Origin: Polyangiaceae bacterium
Lineage (GTDB): Bacteria; Myxococcota_A; Polyangia; Polyangiales; Polyangiaceae
Reading direction: 5' to 3'
Length of the DNA: 64,000 nt
Assembly: GCA_046351325.1 (NCBI GenBank)
Contig: JAXLYR010000002.1
Coordinates: 752,334 to 816,333 of the forward strand
The translations under genes were made by a program, and so were the position numbers. Numbering within the stretch: position 1 is the stretch's first letter; each line of letters starts with the position of its first letter. Positions 27,645 to 37,522 of this stretch are shown piece after piece. The notes beneath the pieces were generated by a model, which did no database searches, was not told the origin of the DNA, and saw nothing but the letters and a program-made list of their open reading frames with translations.

Positions 27645-28778
27645 ATGAAGAAGCTTGCTTGCGGGTTCGGCGCCCTCCTCCTCGGCTCGGCACTGGGCGT
27701 CGGTTGTGGTGATGACGCGGGCCCGGGAGGGAGCGGTGGAAGCGGAGCCACCGGCGCCTCGGGTGGAGCGGGCGGCGCGGGTGGTGAGGCTCAAGGCGGC
27801 GGCGGTGGCGACCTAGGCGGCGGCGGCGCAGGTGGTGGAGGCGTCCAGCCGATCGAGGCCACGCCGGACACCTGGGTTTGGGTCCCGATCGAAGGCACGA
27901 CTTGCGGCAACGGCTCGACCGCGGGCGTCGGGGTGAACCTGCACGAGGGGAGCAACATCCTCATCGTCGCGATGTCCGGCGGCGGCGCGTGTTGGGACGA
28001 CACCATGTGCAACGGGACGACGCCGACGAGCGTGCACCTGCACGAGACGCTGACCGAGGCCATCGTCGCGCCCGAGTTTCCCCTCGTCGATCGCACCGAC
28101 CCCTCGAATCCCTTCTCGGCGGCGTCGTGGGTCTACGTCCCGTATTGCACGGGCGATCTTCACTGGGGGACCAAGATCACGAGCTACACGAACGGTGAAA
28201 TCCACCACACCGGGGCGACCAACATGCAGACGATCCTCGCGCGCGTCGCTGCGACGCGGCCTGGGACGACGACGACCTACCTCCTCGGTGGGAGCGCAGG
28301 CGGCTACGGCGTCAGCCTGCATTGGGGCACGACGAAGCAGGCCTTCCCCGGGAGCGCGGTGCACATCCTGGCCGACGCGTCGCCGCTCGTCATGCCGCAC
28401 GGGTCTCGCTGGGCGACGATGCTCACGGCCTGGGCCCCCGCCTTCCCCGAGGCGTGCACGAACTGCGAGGCCGAGCCCGGCGCCCTCCTCGACACCCTGG
28501 CGACGGCCTACCCCACGTCGCGGTACGCGCTGCTTTCCTATGACGAGGATGAAGTCATCTCCCAGTACTTCGGCTTCACCGGCGATCTCGGCAGCACGCT
28601 CGACGCGATGACGGCCGCGCACTTCGATCCCCACCCGAACACCAAGTACTTCATCGCGCCCGGCACCGAGCACGGCGTCCTCGGTGACCCGGTCATCGCG
28701 CCCGACGGCACCTCGGTGACCGACTTCTTCTTCGCGTGGCTCATCGGCGCCCCGACGTGGAAGAGCGAGCGCTTCTGA
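27645..28778 (+). CDS. Pectin-acetylesterase/NOTUM-family-like hydrolase lipoprotein
   Basis: MKKLACGFGALLLGSALGVGCGDD lipobox plus Gly-rich linker; family-like blocks IVAMSGGGACWDDTMC, YVPYCTGDLHWG, YLLGGSAGGYGV. Confidence 0.5.
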   Translation: MKKLACGFGALLLGSALGVGCGDDAGPGGSGGSGATGASGGAGGAGGEAQGGGGGDLGGGGAGGGGVQPIEATPDTWVWVPIEGTTCGNGSTAGVGVNLHEGSNILIVAMSGGGACWDDTMCNGTTPTSVHLHETLTEAIVAPEFPLVDRTDPSNPFSAASWVYVPYCTGDLHWGTKITSYTNGEIHHTGATNMQTILARVAATRPGTTTTYLLGGSAGGYGVSLHWGTTKQAFPGSAVHILADASPLVMPHGSRWATMLTAWAPAFPEACTNCEAEPGALLDTLATAYPTSRYALLSYDEDEVISQYFGFTGDLGSTLDAMTAAHFDPHPNTKYFIAPGTEHGVLGDPVIAPDGTSVTDFFFAWLIGAPTWKSERF

Positions 28779-28788
28779 ACGCCTCGCT

Positions 28789-28848
28789 GATACAGCCCCC
28801 GCTGATACAGGGGTGATACAGGGCGCGCTGATACAGGGCTGATACAGG
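28789..28848. promoter_or_regulatory. Array of five direct repeats TGATACAG(G) with alternating 15/11-bp spacing, ~80 bp upstream of vgrG2
   Basis: Directly read: copies begin at 28789, 28804, 28815, 28830, 28841. Confidence 0.6.
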
Positions 28849-28927
28849 CGAACCGACGCCGTGCGCGCAGAACAGCGCTCGTGGAGCATCGCGCTCGACG
28901 GCACGCGCGCTGCACTGGTGGGTCGCC

Positions 28928-30415
28928 ATGTCGCAACCCACGAGACCCATGCTGCCCCTCGAGCGGAAGGGCACACCCGCTCGGGTGGACCTCTCCTCTC
29001 CGGACTTCGACTTCCAACACTTCTTCGTGCGCAAGCTCGTCGCGCGCGAGGGCGTCTCGGAGCTCTACCGCTGCACGCTGCACCTCGCCTTGCCGACCTC
29101 CGCGAACGCCGACGTCACCGTCGCGAGCGCGATCGGCGCGGCGGTCCGCATCGAGCTCGTCGACCAAGGCGGAACGCCGGTGGGCGTGCTTCACGGCATC
29201 GTCGACGGCGCGAGCATCACCGGCGGCGAGGAGAGCCACGGCCTCGAGGCCTGGGAGATCACGGTCGCTCCGCGCGCTGCGCGCCTCGCGCTCGTGACGA
29301 CGCAGGAGATCTTCATGCAGAAGTCGGTGCCGGCGATCATCGCGGCGAAGCTGGAGGAGGCGGGGCTCGGCTCGAGCTTCGCGATGCGCCTCAGCGGGAC
29401 GTACCCGGAGCGCGAGTTCGTCGTCCAATATCGGGAGACCGATCTCGACTTCATCTGCCGGCTCGCGGAGCACGTCGGCATCTCGTTCTCCTTCGAGCAA
29501 GGCGAGGACGAGGAGATCATGGTCTTCACCGACGACACGAAGGCTCTCGCGCCGGAGCTCAGCGAGCGCGTCGTGTATTCGCCGCGGCGCGATGTCCTCG
29601 GGGTCTTCGAGCTCACGCGACAAGCTCGCATCATCCCGACGGTCTACGCGGTCCAGGACTACAACTATCGAAACCCGAACCTCGACGTCGGGGCGATCGT
29701 CGAGAGCGCGCTCGGCTCGGGTGGCGGCGTCGTCGAATACGGCGCGCACCAGAAGGACCCGGACGAGGGCAGGTGGCTCGCGAAGGTGCGCGCCGAAGAG
29801 GCCGAAGGGCGCGCGTGTTCTTACGCTGGTGTAAGCGTCGTCGGGGGCCTGAGCGCGGGCGTCCACTTCGCGCTCGAGTCAGCGCCGCCCTGGGCGGACG
29901 CCTCGCTCTTCGTCGTCCGCGTCGAGCACGAGCTGTCGACCCCGCTCGGTGGTGATGCCTCGGAGGCCGCGCGGTACGTGAACCGCTTCACGGCGATCTC
30001 GTCGAACACCCGCTTCCGACCGGCGCGCTCGACACCTCGCCCTCGCATCCACGGGGTGGTGAGCGCGGTCGTGCAGGGCTCGGGCGGCTCGAGCTACGAG
30101 GCCAACCTCGATCCGCAAGGCCGCTACCTCGTGCAGTTCCACTTCGACACCGCGGAGCCCGGGCTGCCGCAGCCGTCGAGGCCGGTTCGTATGTCGCAGC
30201 CCTTCGCAGGGCCGAACCAAGGCATGCACTTTCCGCTGCGGCCCGGGACGGAGGTGCTCGTCGTCTTCATCGACGGCGATCCCGATCGACCCATCATCGT
30301 CGGCGCGGTGCCGAACACGGTGACCCCGAGCGTCGTCACCGCCGTGGAGTCGCAGCGCCACCGCATCCAGTCTCACCACGGCCTGCTCGTGCAGTTTGGC
30401 AAATCGCTTGCTTAG
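28928..30415 (+). CDS. vgrG: Type VI secretion spike protein VgrG (copy 2), short form lacking most of the C-terminal beta-helix
   Basis: VgrG N-terminal/gp27-gp44 blocks: FQHFFVRKLVAREGVSELYRCTLHLALP, VVQYRETDLDFICRLAEHVGISFSF, VQFHFDT…QPFAGPNQGMHFPLRPGTEVLVVFIDGDPDRPIIVGAVPN; ends 495 aa. Confidence 0.85.
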   Translation: MSQPTRPMLPLERKGTPARVDLSSPDFDFQHFFVRKLVAREGVSELYRCTLHLALPTSANADVTVASAIGAAVRIELVDQGGTPVGVLHGIVDGASITGGEESHGLEAWEITVAPRAARLALVTTQEIFMQKSVPAIIAAKLEEAGLGSSFAMRLSGTYPEREFVVQYRETDLDFICRLAEHVGISFSFEQGEDEEIMVFTDDTKALAPELSERVVYSPRRDVLGVFELTRQARIIPTVYAVQDYNYRNPNLDVGAIVESALGSGGGVVEYGAHQKDPDEGRWLAKVRAEEAEGRACSYAGVSVVGGLSAGVHFALESAPPWADASLFVVRVEHELSTPLGGDASEAARYVNRFTAISSNTRFRPARSTPRPRIHGVVSAVVQGSGGSSYEANLDPQGRYLVQFHFDTAEPGLPQPSRPVRMSQPFAGPNQGMHFPLRPGTEVLVVFIDGDPDRPIIVGAVPNTVTPSVVTAVESQRHRIQSHHGLLVQFGKSLA

Positions 30416-30429
30416 TCAGGAGAAGACCA

Positions 30430-32012
30430 TGAGTGACACCCAAGGAACGACGAGCAGCAGCAACGGCAGCAACGGATCGACGGCGTCTCAGCCCGTATCG
30501 GAGACGGTCCCCGAGCATTTCCGCATCCTCGTGCCGAACCCCGAGACCGAGCTCCAGCTCGGGCAGGGCGACGCGGTCTCGGGTGGCGCGGCCTTCGTCG
30601 GCATCGCCGGCCGCGTGAAGAAGGGCGGTGTTCTCTTCGCCGCCGGAGGTTTCCCGGGTGGGCTCCAGGCCGAGGACGGGAGCTTCGAGCAGTTTCGCAA
30701 GGCGCACACGACGATCTCCGTTGCGGTCAGCGGCATCGCCGCGGCCTCGCTGCTCTTCAGGTCCGCTTATCAACGCAAGGAAATCTGCCTCTTCGATCTC
30801 GTCGTGAACGGCCTCCTCGGCTTCGCCGCGCCGGCAGGCATCGGCGTCGCTTTCGGGGCGATGGATAACGGGATGTCGAGCGCGGACGGCAGCATCGCGC
30901 TCTACGGCGACAAGAACGTCGCGATCGCGACCCCGATGACCTTCGGCGCTACCGCCGGCCTCGCCGCCTCGATCAACGGTGGGATCGTCGCGTCGCTCAA
31001 CGCGACCGGCGCGGCCTCGGTCAACGCGGTCGTGGCGAGCGTCAACGGCGTGTGGAAGGCGAACGTCGGCGCGATCGAGACGAACATCATCGCCGACAGC
31101 AAGCTCACGCTGGCCTCTCGTCGCGGCGGCGCACTCGTCGCTGGCGAGACGATCCAGATCGGCCAAGCCACGGCGAAGATGCCGCTGCTCGATCGATTCC
31201 TGAGCGGCGGGCAGTACGGGACCAAGCGGGTCGACCTGCGCGCCGACGAGGTCATCCACATGGAGCCGGGCGACGAGAAGACCAAGATCGCGGGCGCGCC
31301 GACCAAGCTCCACCTCGACAAGAAGACGGTCCGCGCCGAGACGACGGGCAGCGCGCTGACGCTCGACGCGAGCGGCACGTGGCACGCCGGCAACTCGATC
31401 ATGAAGCTGAGCTCCGACAAGCTGTCGCTCTGCTTCGGTGCGGTCGCACCGAAGGAGGCCTCCGACGCGATCATCAAACCGGCAGAGGTCGCGTGGAAGG
31501 AGGCGCAGGACGCCGCCGAAGAGATCGAGGAGACCGTCGACAAGGTCGGGTTCGCGAAGGCCGGTCTGCTGCTCGGGACGGTCGCTGGCGGCATTTCGAC
31601 CGCGATCGTTGGAGCTCAAAGCATGAGCGACGATCAGAAGTCGATGATCGATCTCGCGGCTCTCGGCGCCGGCATGGCGCTCGGGCCCCTCGCCGGGTTC
31701 GGTGTCGCGAAGGCCGTCGAAAAGGTCCTCACGAGCAAGGCGCAGGCAGCGGCCCGCAAGGCCGCGGACAAAGCCCTCACGGCGGCGGTGAAGGGAGGCC
31801 TCAAGGCGGAGCAGGCCGCTGTCAAAGCGCAGGGCAAGCTCCCGACGAACCCGGCGATCGAGCTCGCCTCGAGCGGCGTCACGCTGCGAGTCGGCAAGTC
31901 GAAGATCACGATCTCCGCGACGGAGATCTCGATCGAGACCGCGCCGGGACTCGAGGTGAAAATCAACGGCAGCACGTTCTCCGCCACTGGCGTCAGCCTT
32001 GCAGGGACCTGA
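30430..32012 (+). CDS. Uncharacterised 527-aa Gly/Ala-rich protein with hydrophobic segments and beta-helix-like repeats; candidate VgrG-associated cargo or split spike C-terminus
   Basis: RBS aggagaag before the ATG at 30430; hydrophobic stretches (TISVAVSGIAAASLLF, LVVNGLLGFAAPAGIGVAFGAM); periodic segments reminiscent of a VgrG beta-helix; Lys/Ala-rich helical C-terminus. Confidence 0.5.
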
Positions 32013-34563
32013 GGAACAACCCATGGCGCCCGTGATCTCCAACTCGACCAACCTCAAGCTCGGCTTCTTTTGGTGTCAGCTCGACCCCCCGACCCACGGC
32101 GTGACCTTCGTCGTGAAGGGCACGTACGATCTCGTGCACGGCGCCGCGGCGCGTGCGGTCGACGCTGAAAACGCGCTCTCGCTCGCGGGAGACGAGAGCT
32201 ACGAGGACGGCGGCAAGGCCTGTCGCTACCCGTCCGACTTCGCGCCGAAGAAGGCCCGCGCCGACGTGATGGTCGTCGGCGCCGCGACCTCGCCCGAGCC
32301 GGTGAAACGCATGGAGATCGCGCTCAAGCTCGGGGCGCTCGACAAGCGCCTGCTCGTCGTCGGCGATCGCGTGGCGGAGCATCACTCGGGCAAATGGATC
32401 GCGAGCGAGCCTAAGCCCTTCACGCGAATGCCGCTCCGCTACGAGCGCGCGCTCGGCGGACCGAGTTTCCTCAAGAACCCGATCGGCTGTGGCGTGCGTC
32501 CCACCGAGGGGGAGAGCACCTGTCCGATGCCCAACCTCGAGCTCCCGGGCAGGGTGAGCTCGACGGAGCCGGCAGGCCTCGGGCCGCTCGATCGCCGATG
32601 GGCCGACCGCATGTCGAAGGTCGGGACCTACGACGCGACCTGGAGAAAAGAGCGGTGGCCGTGGTTCCCGAAGGACTTCGACTTCGCGTATTTCAACGCG
32701 GCTCCGCTCGACCAGCAGATCGAGCTCGTGCGCGGTGACGAGGCGATTCGGCTCGAGGGCTTGCGCGGCGCCGCGTTCGAGTCGCGGCTCCCGGGCGTTC
32801 GACCGCGGCTCTTCGTGAGGCGGCCCACGGGTGACGCCGAGGTCGCGCTCGCGATCGACACCGTCTGGATCGACGCGGACGCGGCTCGCCTCGTCCTCGT
32901 GTGGCGCGGTCACATCAACGTCGAATCGAAGCGCTTCGAAGAGATCTCGAGCGTCGTCCTCGCGAGCGAGGAGCTCGCGTCGCCGCTCCGGCCTGCGAGC
33001 GAACACCTCGCGGCTGCCGTGCGTCGCGAGCCGACCGAAGAGGAGCTCGCCGATCGCGAGGAGGCGGAGGCGCGCGCCGACTCGGAGAGCGACGAGGCGC
33101 CCGCGAACCCCGAGAACGACGAGGAGGCCGCTGTTCGCGAGGCGAAGGAGCTCCTCGTGAAGGGCGGCGCACCCGCAGAGCTCCTCGCGAAGCTCGAGAA
33201 CGTCCGCACGACGGACGCGATGCTCGAGGTGCTCCAGCGCGAGGGCCCGAGCGCCGAAGGCGCGAGTGAGGCCGATATCGCAGCGGCGCACGCCCACGCG
33301 CGACAGGTGATGCTCGCGAACGGCGTGGACCCTTCGGCGCTCGAAGATCTCACCGAAGAGGCGCCCGCGACCGAGCCCGAGCCGAGCGCGACGCTGCGTC
33401 TCGATCGAGAGGACGTCCTCGCGCGACGCGCTGCGGGCGAGGATTTGGACGGCTTCGATCTCAGCGGCGCCGATCTCTCGGGGTTGGACCTCGCGCGCGT
33501 CAGCATGCGAAAGACCCGCCTCGTCGGCGCGCGCCTCGACGGCGCGCTGCTCGCTGGCGCGATCCTCACGGGCGCCGACCTCGAGGGCGCCCACGCGACA
33601 GCGGGCCCCGTGATCTTCGCGGGCGCCGATCTCACGGAGGCGAAGCTCGCTCGCGTCGTGTTTCCGGGCGCGGTGTTCGAGAGCGCCGACCTCACGCGCG
33701 CCTCGATGAAGGGCGCGCGGTTGGCACGCGCGTCGCTTTCTCTGGCCGTCATGGAAGACGCTGACTTGTCGGAAGCCGACCTCTCACACGCCGATCTCTC
33801 GGGCGCGAACCTCGCTCGGCCTCGCTCGACGCGAGCCGCTGCTCGCGTCGAACCTCACCGAGGCCGACCTCACGGACGCGAAGCTCGGTCGGCGTCACCG
33901 CGGGCGCGGAGCTCACGCAGACCTCGCTCGTCGGCGCGACGCGCTCCGCGGCGCGCAGCTCGACAAGGCGCGGGCCGCGGGCGCGAAGTTCGCGAGCGCC
34001 GATCCCCTCGGGTGCGTCGCTCGACGACGTCGTCCTCGACGGGGCCGACCTCACGAGCGCGAAGCTCGGGGCGCGCGCGGCGCCCGCGCCCGCTCCGCGA
34101 GGCCGTCCTCGAGAAGGCTGCCGGCGCCGAGCTCGATCTCGCGGGCGCCGATCTCAGCGGCTGCGCGCTGCCGGCGCGATGCTCGCGGGCGCTCGCTCTG
34201 AACGCGTCGCGCGCCCGAGAGCGCCTGGTCGGGCGCCGATCTCGCGGGCGCTCGCTTCGACGGCGCGGAGCTCGAGCGCGCCGACTTCACCGAGAGCGCG
34301 CTCGAGCGCGCCTCCTTCGACCACGCACCACGAAGCACGCGGTCCTCGTGCGCGCTCGCCTCGCCGGTGCGCGCCTGACGAAGGTCAACCTGCTCCGCCT
34401 CTACCTCGAGGCGCGCGGACCCGCGAACGCCGATTGTAGGAGCTCAAACTTCTTCGAGAGCGAGTTCCTCGACGCTGTTCTTCACGGGCGCGCTCTTCGA
34501 TCGCTCGAACTCCTCGGCCGCATTCAAGCTCGACAAGCGGAGCGCCTCGTGAAAACGCCGTGA
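31999..34563 (+). CDS. DUF2169-domain protein fused to pentapeptide repeats; 3-prime third disrupted by multiple frameshifts
   Basis: N-terminal DUF2169-like region (NSTNLKLGFFWCQLDPPTHGVTFVVKGTYDL). Clean pentapeptide repeats from ~33420 to ~33820 (ADLSGLDLARVSMRKTRLVGARLDGALLAGAILTGADLEGA…); beyond that repeats continue only across shifted frames. Confidence 0.7.
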   Translation: MQGPEEQPMAPVISNSTNLKLGFFWCQLDPPTHGVTFVVKGTYDLVHGAAARAVDAENALSLAGDESYEDGGKACRYPSDFAPKKARADVMVVGAATSPEPVKRMEIALKLGALDKRLLVVGDRVAEHHSGKWIASEPKPFTRMPLRYERALGGPSFLKNPIGCGVRPTEGESTCPMPNLELPGRVSSTEPAGLGPLDRRWADRMSKVGTYDATWRKERWPWFPKDFDFAYFNAAPLDQQIELVRGDEAIRLEGLRGAAFESRLPGVRPRLFVRRPTGDAEVALAIDTVWIDADAARLVLVWRGHINVESKRFEEISSVVLASEELASPLRPASEHLAAAVRREPTEEELADREEAEARADSESDEAPANPENDEEAAVREAKELLVKGGAPAELLAKLENVRTTDAMLEVLQREGPSAEGASEADIAAAHAHARQVMLANGVDPSALEDLTEEAPATEPEPSATLRLDREDVLARRAAGEDLDGFDLSGADLSGLDLARVSMRKTRLVGARLDGALLAGAILTGADLEGAHATAGPVIFAGADLTEAKLARVVFPGAVFESADLTRASMKGARLARASLSLAVMEDADLSEADLSHADLSGANLARPRSTRAAARVEPHRGRPHGREARSASPRARSSRRPRSSARRAPRRAARQGAGRGREVRERRSPRVRRSTTSSSTGPTSRARSSGRARRPRPLREAVLEKAAGAELDLAGADLSGCALPARCSRALALNASRARERLVGRRSRGRSLRRRGARARRLHRERARARLLRPRTTKHAVLVRARLAGARLTKVNLLRLYLEARGPANADCRSSNFFESEFLDAVLHGRALRSLELLGRIQARQAERLVKTP

Positions 34564-34726
34564 CCGACGCCCTCTCGCGCCTGCGCCTCGACCGAAGCCC
34601 GAGGTCGTCTCCGACCTCGACCTCGCGGCGCGGATTTCCGCAACCTCGATCTCGAGGGGATCGCCTTCTTTCGAGTGAACCTCAAGGGCGCGAACCTTCC
34701 GGGCGCGCCTCGCGGACGCCACGCTC

Positions 34727-36622
34727 GTGAGCTGCGAACTCACCGGCGCGAAGCTCGCGGGCGCGGATCTCCATGGCGTGCGCGTCGCGGCGCGCGAGGT
34801 GGTCGGGGCCTCTCCGGCCGACGCGAGCGCCGACGCTGGCGAAGACGAGCTCTCGAAGCTGCTCGCGTCCCAAGGCGTGGGCGGCCTCAAGCCCACCATC
34901 GCGGCGATGCGGAGCGTCGACCTCCGCGGCGCGAACCTCACGGGCGCGATCATCGCTGGCGCCTGCATCGACGGCGCTTGGTTCGACGACGCGAACCTCA
35001 CCGGCGCGCTCCTCACCGAGTGCTCGCTCGAGCGAGCGTCCCTGCGCGGCGCCGATCTCTCGAGCGCGACCATCGAAGAGAGCTCGCTCGCGAACGCGGA
35101 TCTCTCGGGCGCGAAGCTCCCGCGCGCGGTGCTCGTGAGCGTGAACCTCACCGGCGCCTCGCTCGCCGGGGCGCACCTGTCGAACGCGTTGCTCACGGGC
35201 CTCGCGCTCGAGGGCGCCGTCTTCGAGGGCGCGACCGTCGAGCACTGCACGCTCACGAACGTCACGCCGGCCGACGTCGCGCTCACCGGCGCGACCCTCG
35301 TCAACGTCTCGATGCCCGGCATGAACCTGCGAGGCGCGCGGCTCATGCCCGATCAGCGCGGCGCCGATCTCTCGGGCTGCGATCTTCGCGGGCTCGATCT
35401 GTCAGGGTTTTTGCTCGCGGACGCGAACCTCGCCGGCGCCGACCTCTCCGGCGCGCGCCTCGTCAGGGCCGACCTCTCGAGCGCCGATCTCTCGGGCGCG
35501 AACCTCAAACACGTCGACCTCTCGCGCGCCGCCGCGTCGAGCGCGTCGTTCAAGGCCGCGAACCTCGAGCGCGCCCGCCTCGCCGGGGCCACGCTCGACG
35601 ACGCCGATCTCGAAGGCGCGAACCTCTCGCGCGCCGCGCTCGACGGCGCGACGCTGCAAGGCGCGAAGTTCGGCGGCGCCGATCTCAGCCTCGCGAGCCT
35701 CTCCGAGTGCACGCTCGAGGACGTCGATCTCTCGGGTGCGTCGCTCGTCGGCGCGAACCTGCGCGGCGCGAAGCTCCTCGGCGCGACCGTGCAGAGCGCC
35801 ACGTTCGCCCGCGCGATCCTCACGGGCGCGACGCTCGAGTCGATCGATCTCTCCGAGAGCTCGCTCGAGGAGGCGCATCTCGAGCGGACGACCTGGTCCT
35901 CGTGTGATCTCAGCCGCGCGAACCTCACCGCGGTGAACCTGCGCGGCGCTCGAGCGAAGGGCACGCGCTTCGCGGGCGCGACGCTCCACCGCGCCGACCT
36001 CGTCGGCGCTGACCTCGTCGGCGCGGTGCTCGACGGCGCCGACCTGTCCGGCGCGCACCTCTCCGGCGTGTCGATCACCAGGTCTTCGCTCCGCGGCGTC
36101 GATCTCCGCGGCCTCTCTCTCGACGGCGCGTGCCTCACCGACGACGACCTCGCGAGCGCCGATCTCAGCGGCGCGAGCCTCTCGGGGGCGCGCCTCGATC
36201 GCTCGGATTTCACGGGCGCGCGCCTCGCGAAGGCGCGGCTCACGCAGGCCATCTTGGTCGCCGCGACCTTCACCGAGGCCGAGCTCGACGGCGCCGACCT
36301 CTCCGAGGTCGACGCGACGGACGCCTGCTTCGAGGCCGCCTCGCTCGTTGGCTCGAAGCTCACGCGAGCCCGCCTCGACAACGCGCGGCTCGAGCGCGCC
36401 CGCGCCCCGCACGTGAACCTCTCCGGAGTGCACGCGCGCTACGCAGACTTCTCCCACGCCGACCTCGACAGCGCCGAGCTCCGCGGCGCGGACCTGACCG
36501 GCGCGAACCTGCACGCGACGCAGCTCGGCGGCGCGCACCTTGCAAACGCAAAGGTCGACGGTCTTCGCGAGACCGACCCCGAGCTCCTCGCTGCGGAGCG
36601 CTGGGTCGCGCCGCGCGATTGA
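34727..36622 (+). CDS. Pentapeptide-repeat protein (A(D/N)LxG repeats throughout)
   Basis: Hundreds of residues of ADLSGANL/ANLTGA-type repeats; likely begins further upstream (~34560) across frameshifts. Confidence 0.8.
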   Translation: MSCELTGAKLAGADLHGVRVAAREVVGASPADASADAGEDELSKLLASQGVGGLKPTIAAMRSVDLRGANLTGAIIAGACIDGAWFDDANLTGALLTECSLERASLRGADLSSATIEESSLANADLSGAKLPRAVLVSVNLTGASLAGAHLSNALLTGLALEGAVFEGATVEHCTLTNVTPADVALTGATLVNVSMPGMNLRGARLMPDQRGADLSGCDLRGLDLSGFLLADANLAGADLSGARLVRADLSSADLSGANLKHVDLSRAAASSASFKAANLERARLAGATLDDADLEGANLSRAALDGATLQGAKFGGADLSLASLSECTLEDVDLSGASLVGANLRGAKLLGATVQSATFARAILTGATLESIDLSESSLEEAHLERTTWSSCDLSRANLTAVNLRGARAKGTRFAGATLHRADLVGADLVGAVLDGADLSGAHLSGVSITRSSLRGVDLRGLSLDGACLTDDDLASADLSGASLSGARLDRSDFTGARLAKARLTQAILVAATFTEAELDGADLSEVDATDACFEAASLVGSKLTRARLDNARLERARAPHVNLSGVHARYADFSHADLDSAELRGADLTGANLHATQLGGAHLANAKVDGLRETDPELLAAERWVAPRD

Positions 36623-36656
36623 GCCCCACCCCAACCCCACGGAGAGAACGAACCCG

Positions 36657-37466
36657 ATGATCCAGGCCTCGAGCATTTCGTCGCACGCACCCATGACCTC
36701 GAGCGGAGCCGCGGTGGCGCCGCAGCCGACGGGCGCGTGGGTGAGGCAAGGGCGCGTCGTCGCCTCGGCCGCGCCCGGCACCGTCTGCGTCGCGATCAGG
36801 CGCGAGAGCGGCGAGCCCGATGCTGTCCTCGCGCAGCTCTCGAGCGCAGCGATGGACGCGCAGGCCGGTGACGAGGTCGTGGTGCTCGGCGAGGGCGAGT
36901 CCGCGTTCGTGATGAGCGTCCTCGGCGCCGCGCGTGGGCCGAGCGCGCGCGCCGTCGTCGCGCGGTCGGGCGCGAGCGCTTCACTCGACGAGCACGCGGG
37001 CCGCGAGCGGCTCGTCGTGCGCGATCGCGACGACAAGGTCCTCTTCGAGGTCGACGCCGAGACGGGTCGCACGGTCATCAGCGCCGCGCGCGGCAACCTC
37101 GCGCTGCGCGCGCCCGACGGCGATCTCGAGCTCGAGGCGAAGGGCGCGGTGCGCGTCCGCTCGCAGGCCTTCGACGTGAGCGCCGAGAAGGCCGAGCTCG
37201 CCCTCGACGACGTCGCGTTCGCGGGCGAGCGCCTCCGCGCGAAGATCGGTGACGTCCGCAACGTCTTCGGGCGCCTCGAGACCGTCACCCAGCGCCTCTT
37301 CGAGACGGCGAAGAGCGCCTTCCGCAATGTCGAGGACCTCAGCCAGCTGCGCGCCGGCCGCGTCCGCACCCTCGTCAAGAAGGGCTACTACGTGCGAGGT
37401 GGCCACGCCGCGGTCGAGGCCGAAGAGGACGTGAAGCTCGACGCCAAGCAGATAAGGCTCGGCTGA
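36657..37466 (+). CDS. DUF3540-like protein (conserved in vgrG-DUF2169-pentapeptide islands)
   Basis: Position and size (269 aa) match the DUF3540 slot between pentapeptide and DUF4150 genes; motif pattern …ALRAPDGDLELEAKGAVRVRSQ…; RBS ggagag before the ATG. Confidence 0.55.
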   Translation: MIQASSISSHAPMTSSGAAVAPQPTGAWVRQGRVVASAAPGTVCVAIRRESGEPDAVLAQLSSAAMDAQAGDEVVVLGEGESAFVMSVLGAARGPSARAVVARSGASASLDEHAGRERLVVRDRDDKVLFEVDAETGRTVISAARGNLALRAPDGDLELEAKGAVRVRSQAFDVSAEKAELALDDVAFAGERLRAKIGDVRNVFGRLETVTQRLFETAKSAFRNVEDLSQLRAGRVRTLVKKGYYVRGGHAAVEAEEDVKLDAKQIRLG

Positions 37467-37522
37467 GCCGAGCGTCGACTAGTCAGTATATAACCCCCAA
37501 TCCAACAGAGAGGTGTATTGAT

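Noticed and set aside
28789-28848. Possible CRISPR array
   Set aside because: The repeat unit is only 8-9 bp with 2-6-bp spacers. There are no cas genes and no CRISPR-like 28-37-bp repeats. It is better explained as a binding-site array.
28538-29866. 442-aa minus-strand ORF overlapping the esterase gene and vgrG2
   Set aside because: Antisense to two well-supported genes. Arg-rich low-complexity translation.
35402-37378. 658-aa minus-strand ORF
   Set aside because: Antisense shadow of the pentapeptide-repeat and DUF3540 genes. The repeat DNA keeps the opposite strand open.
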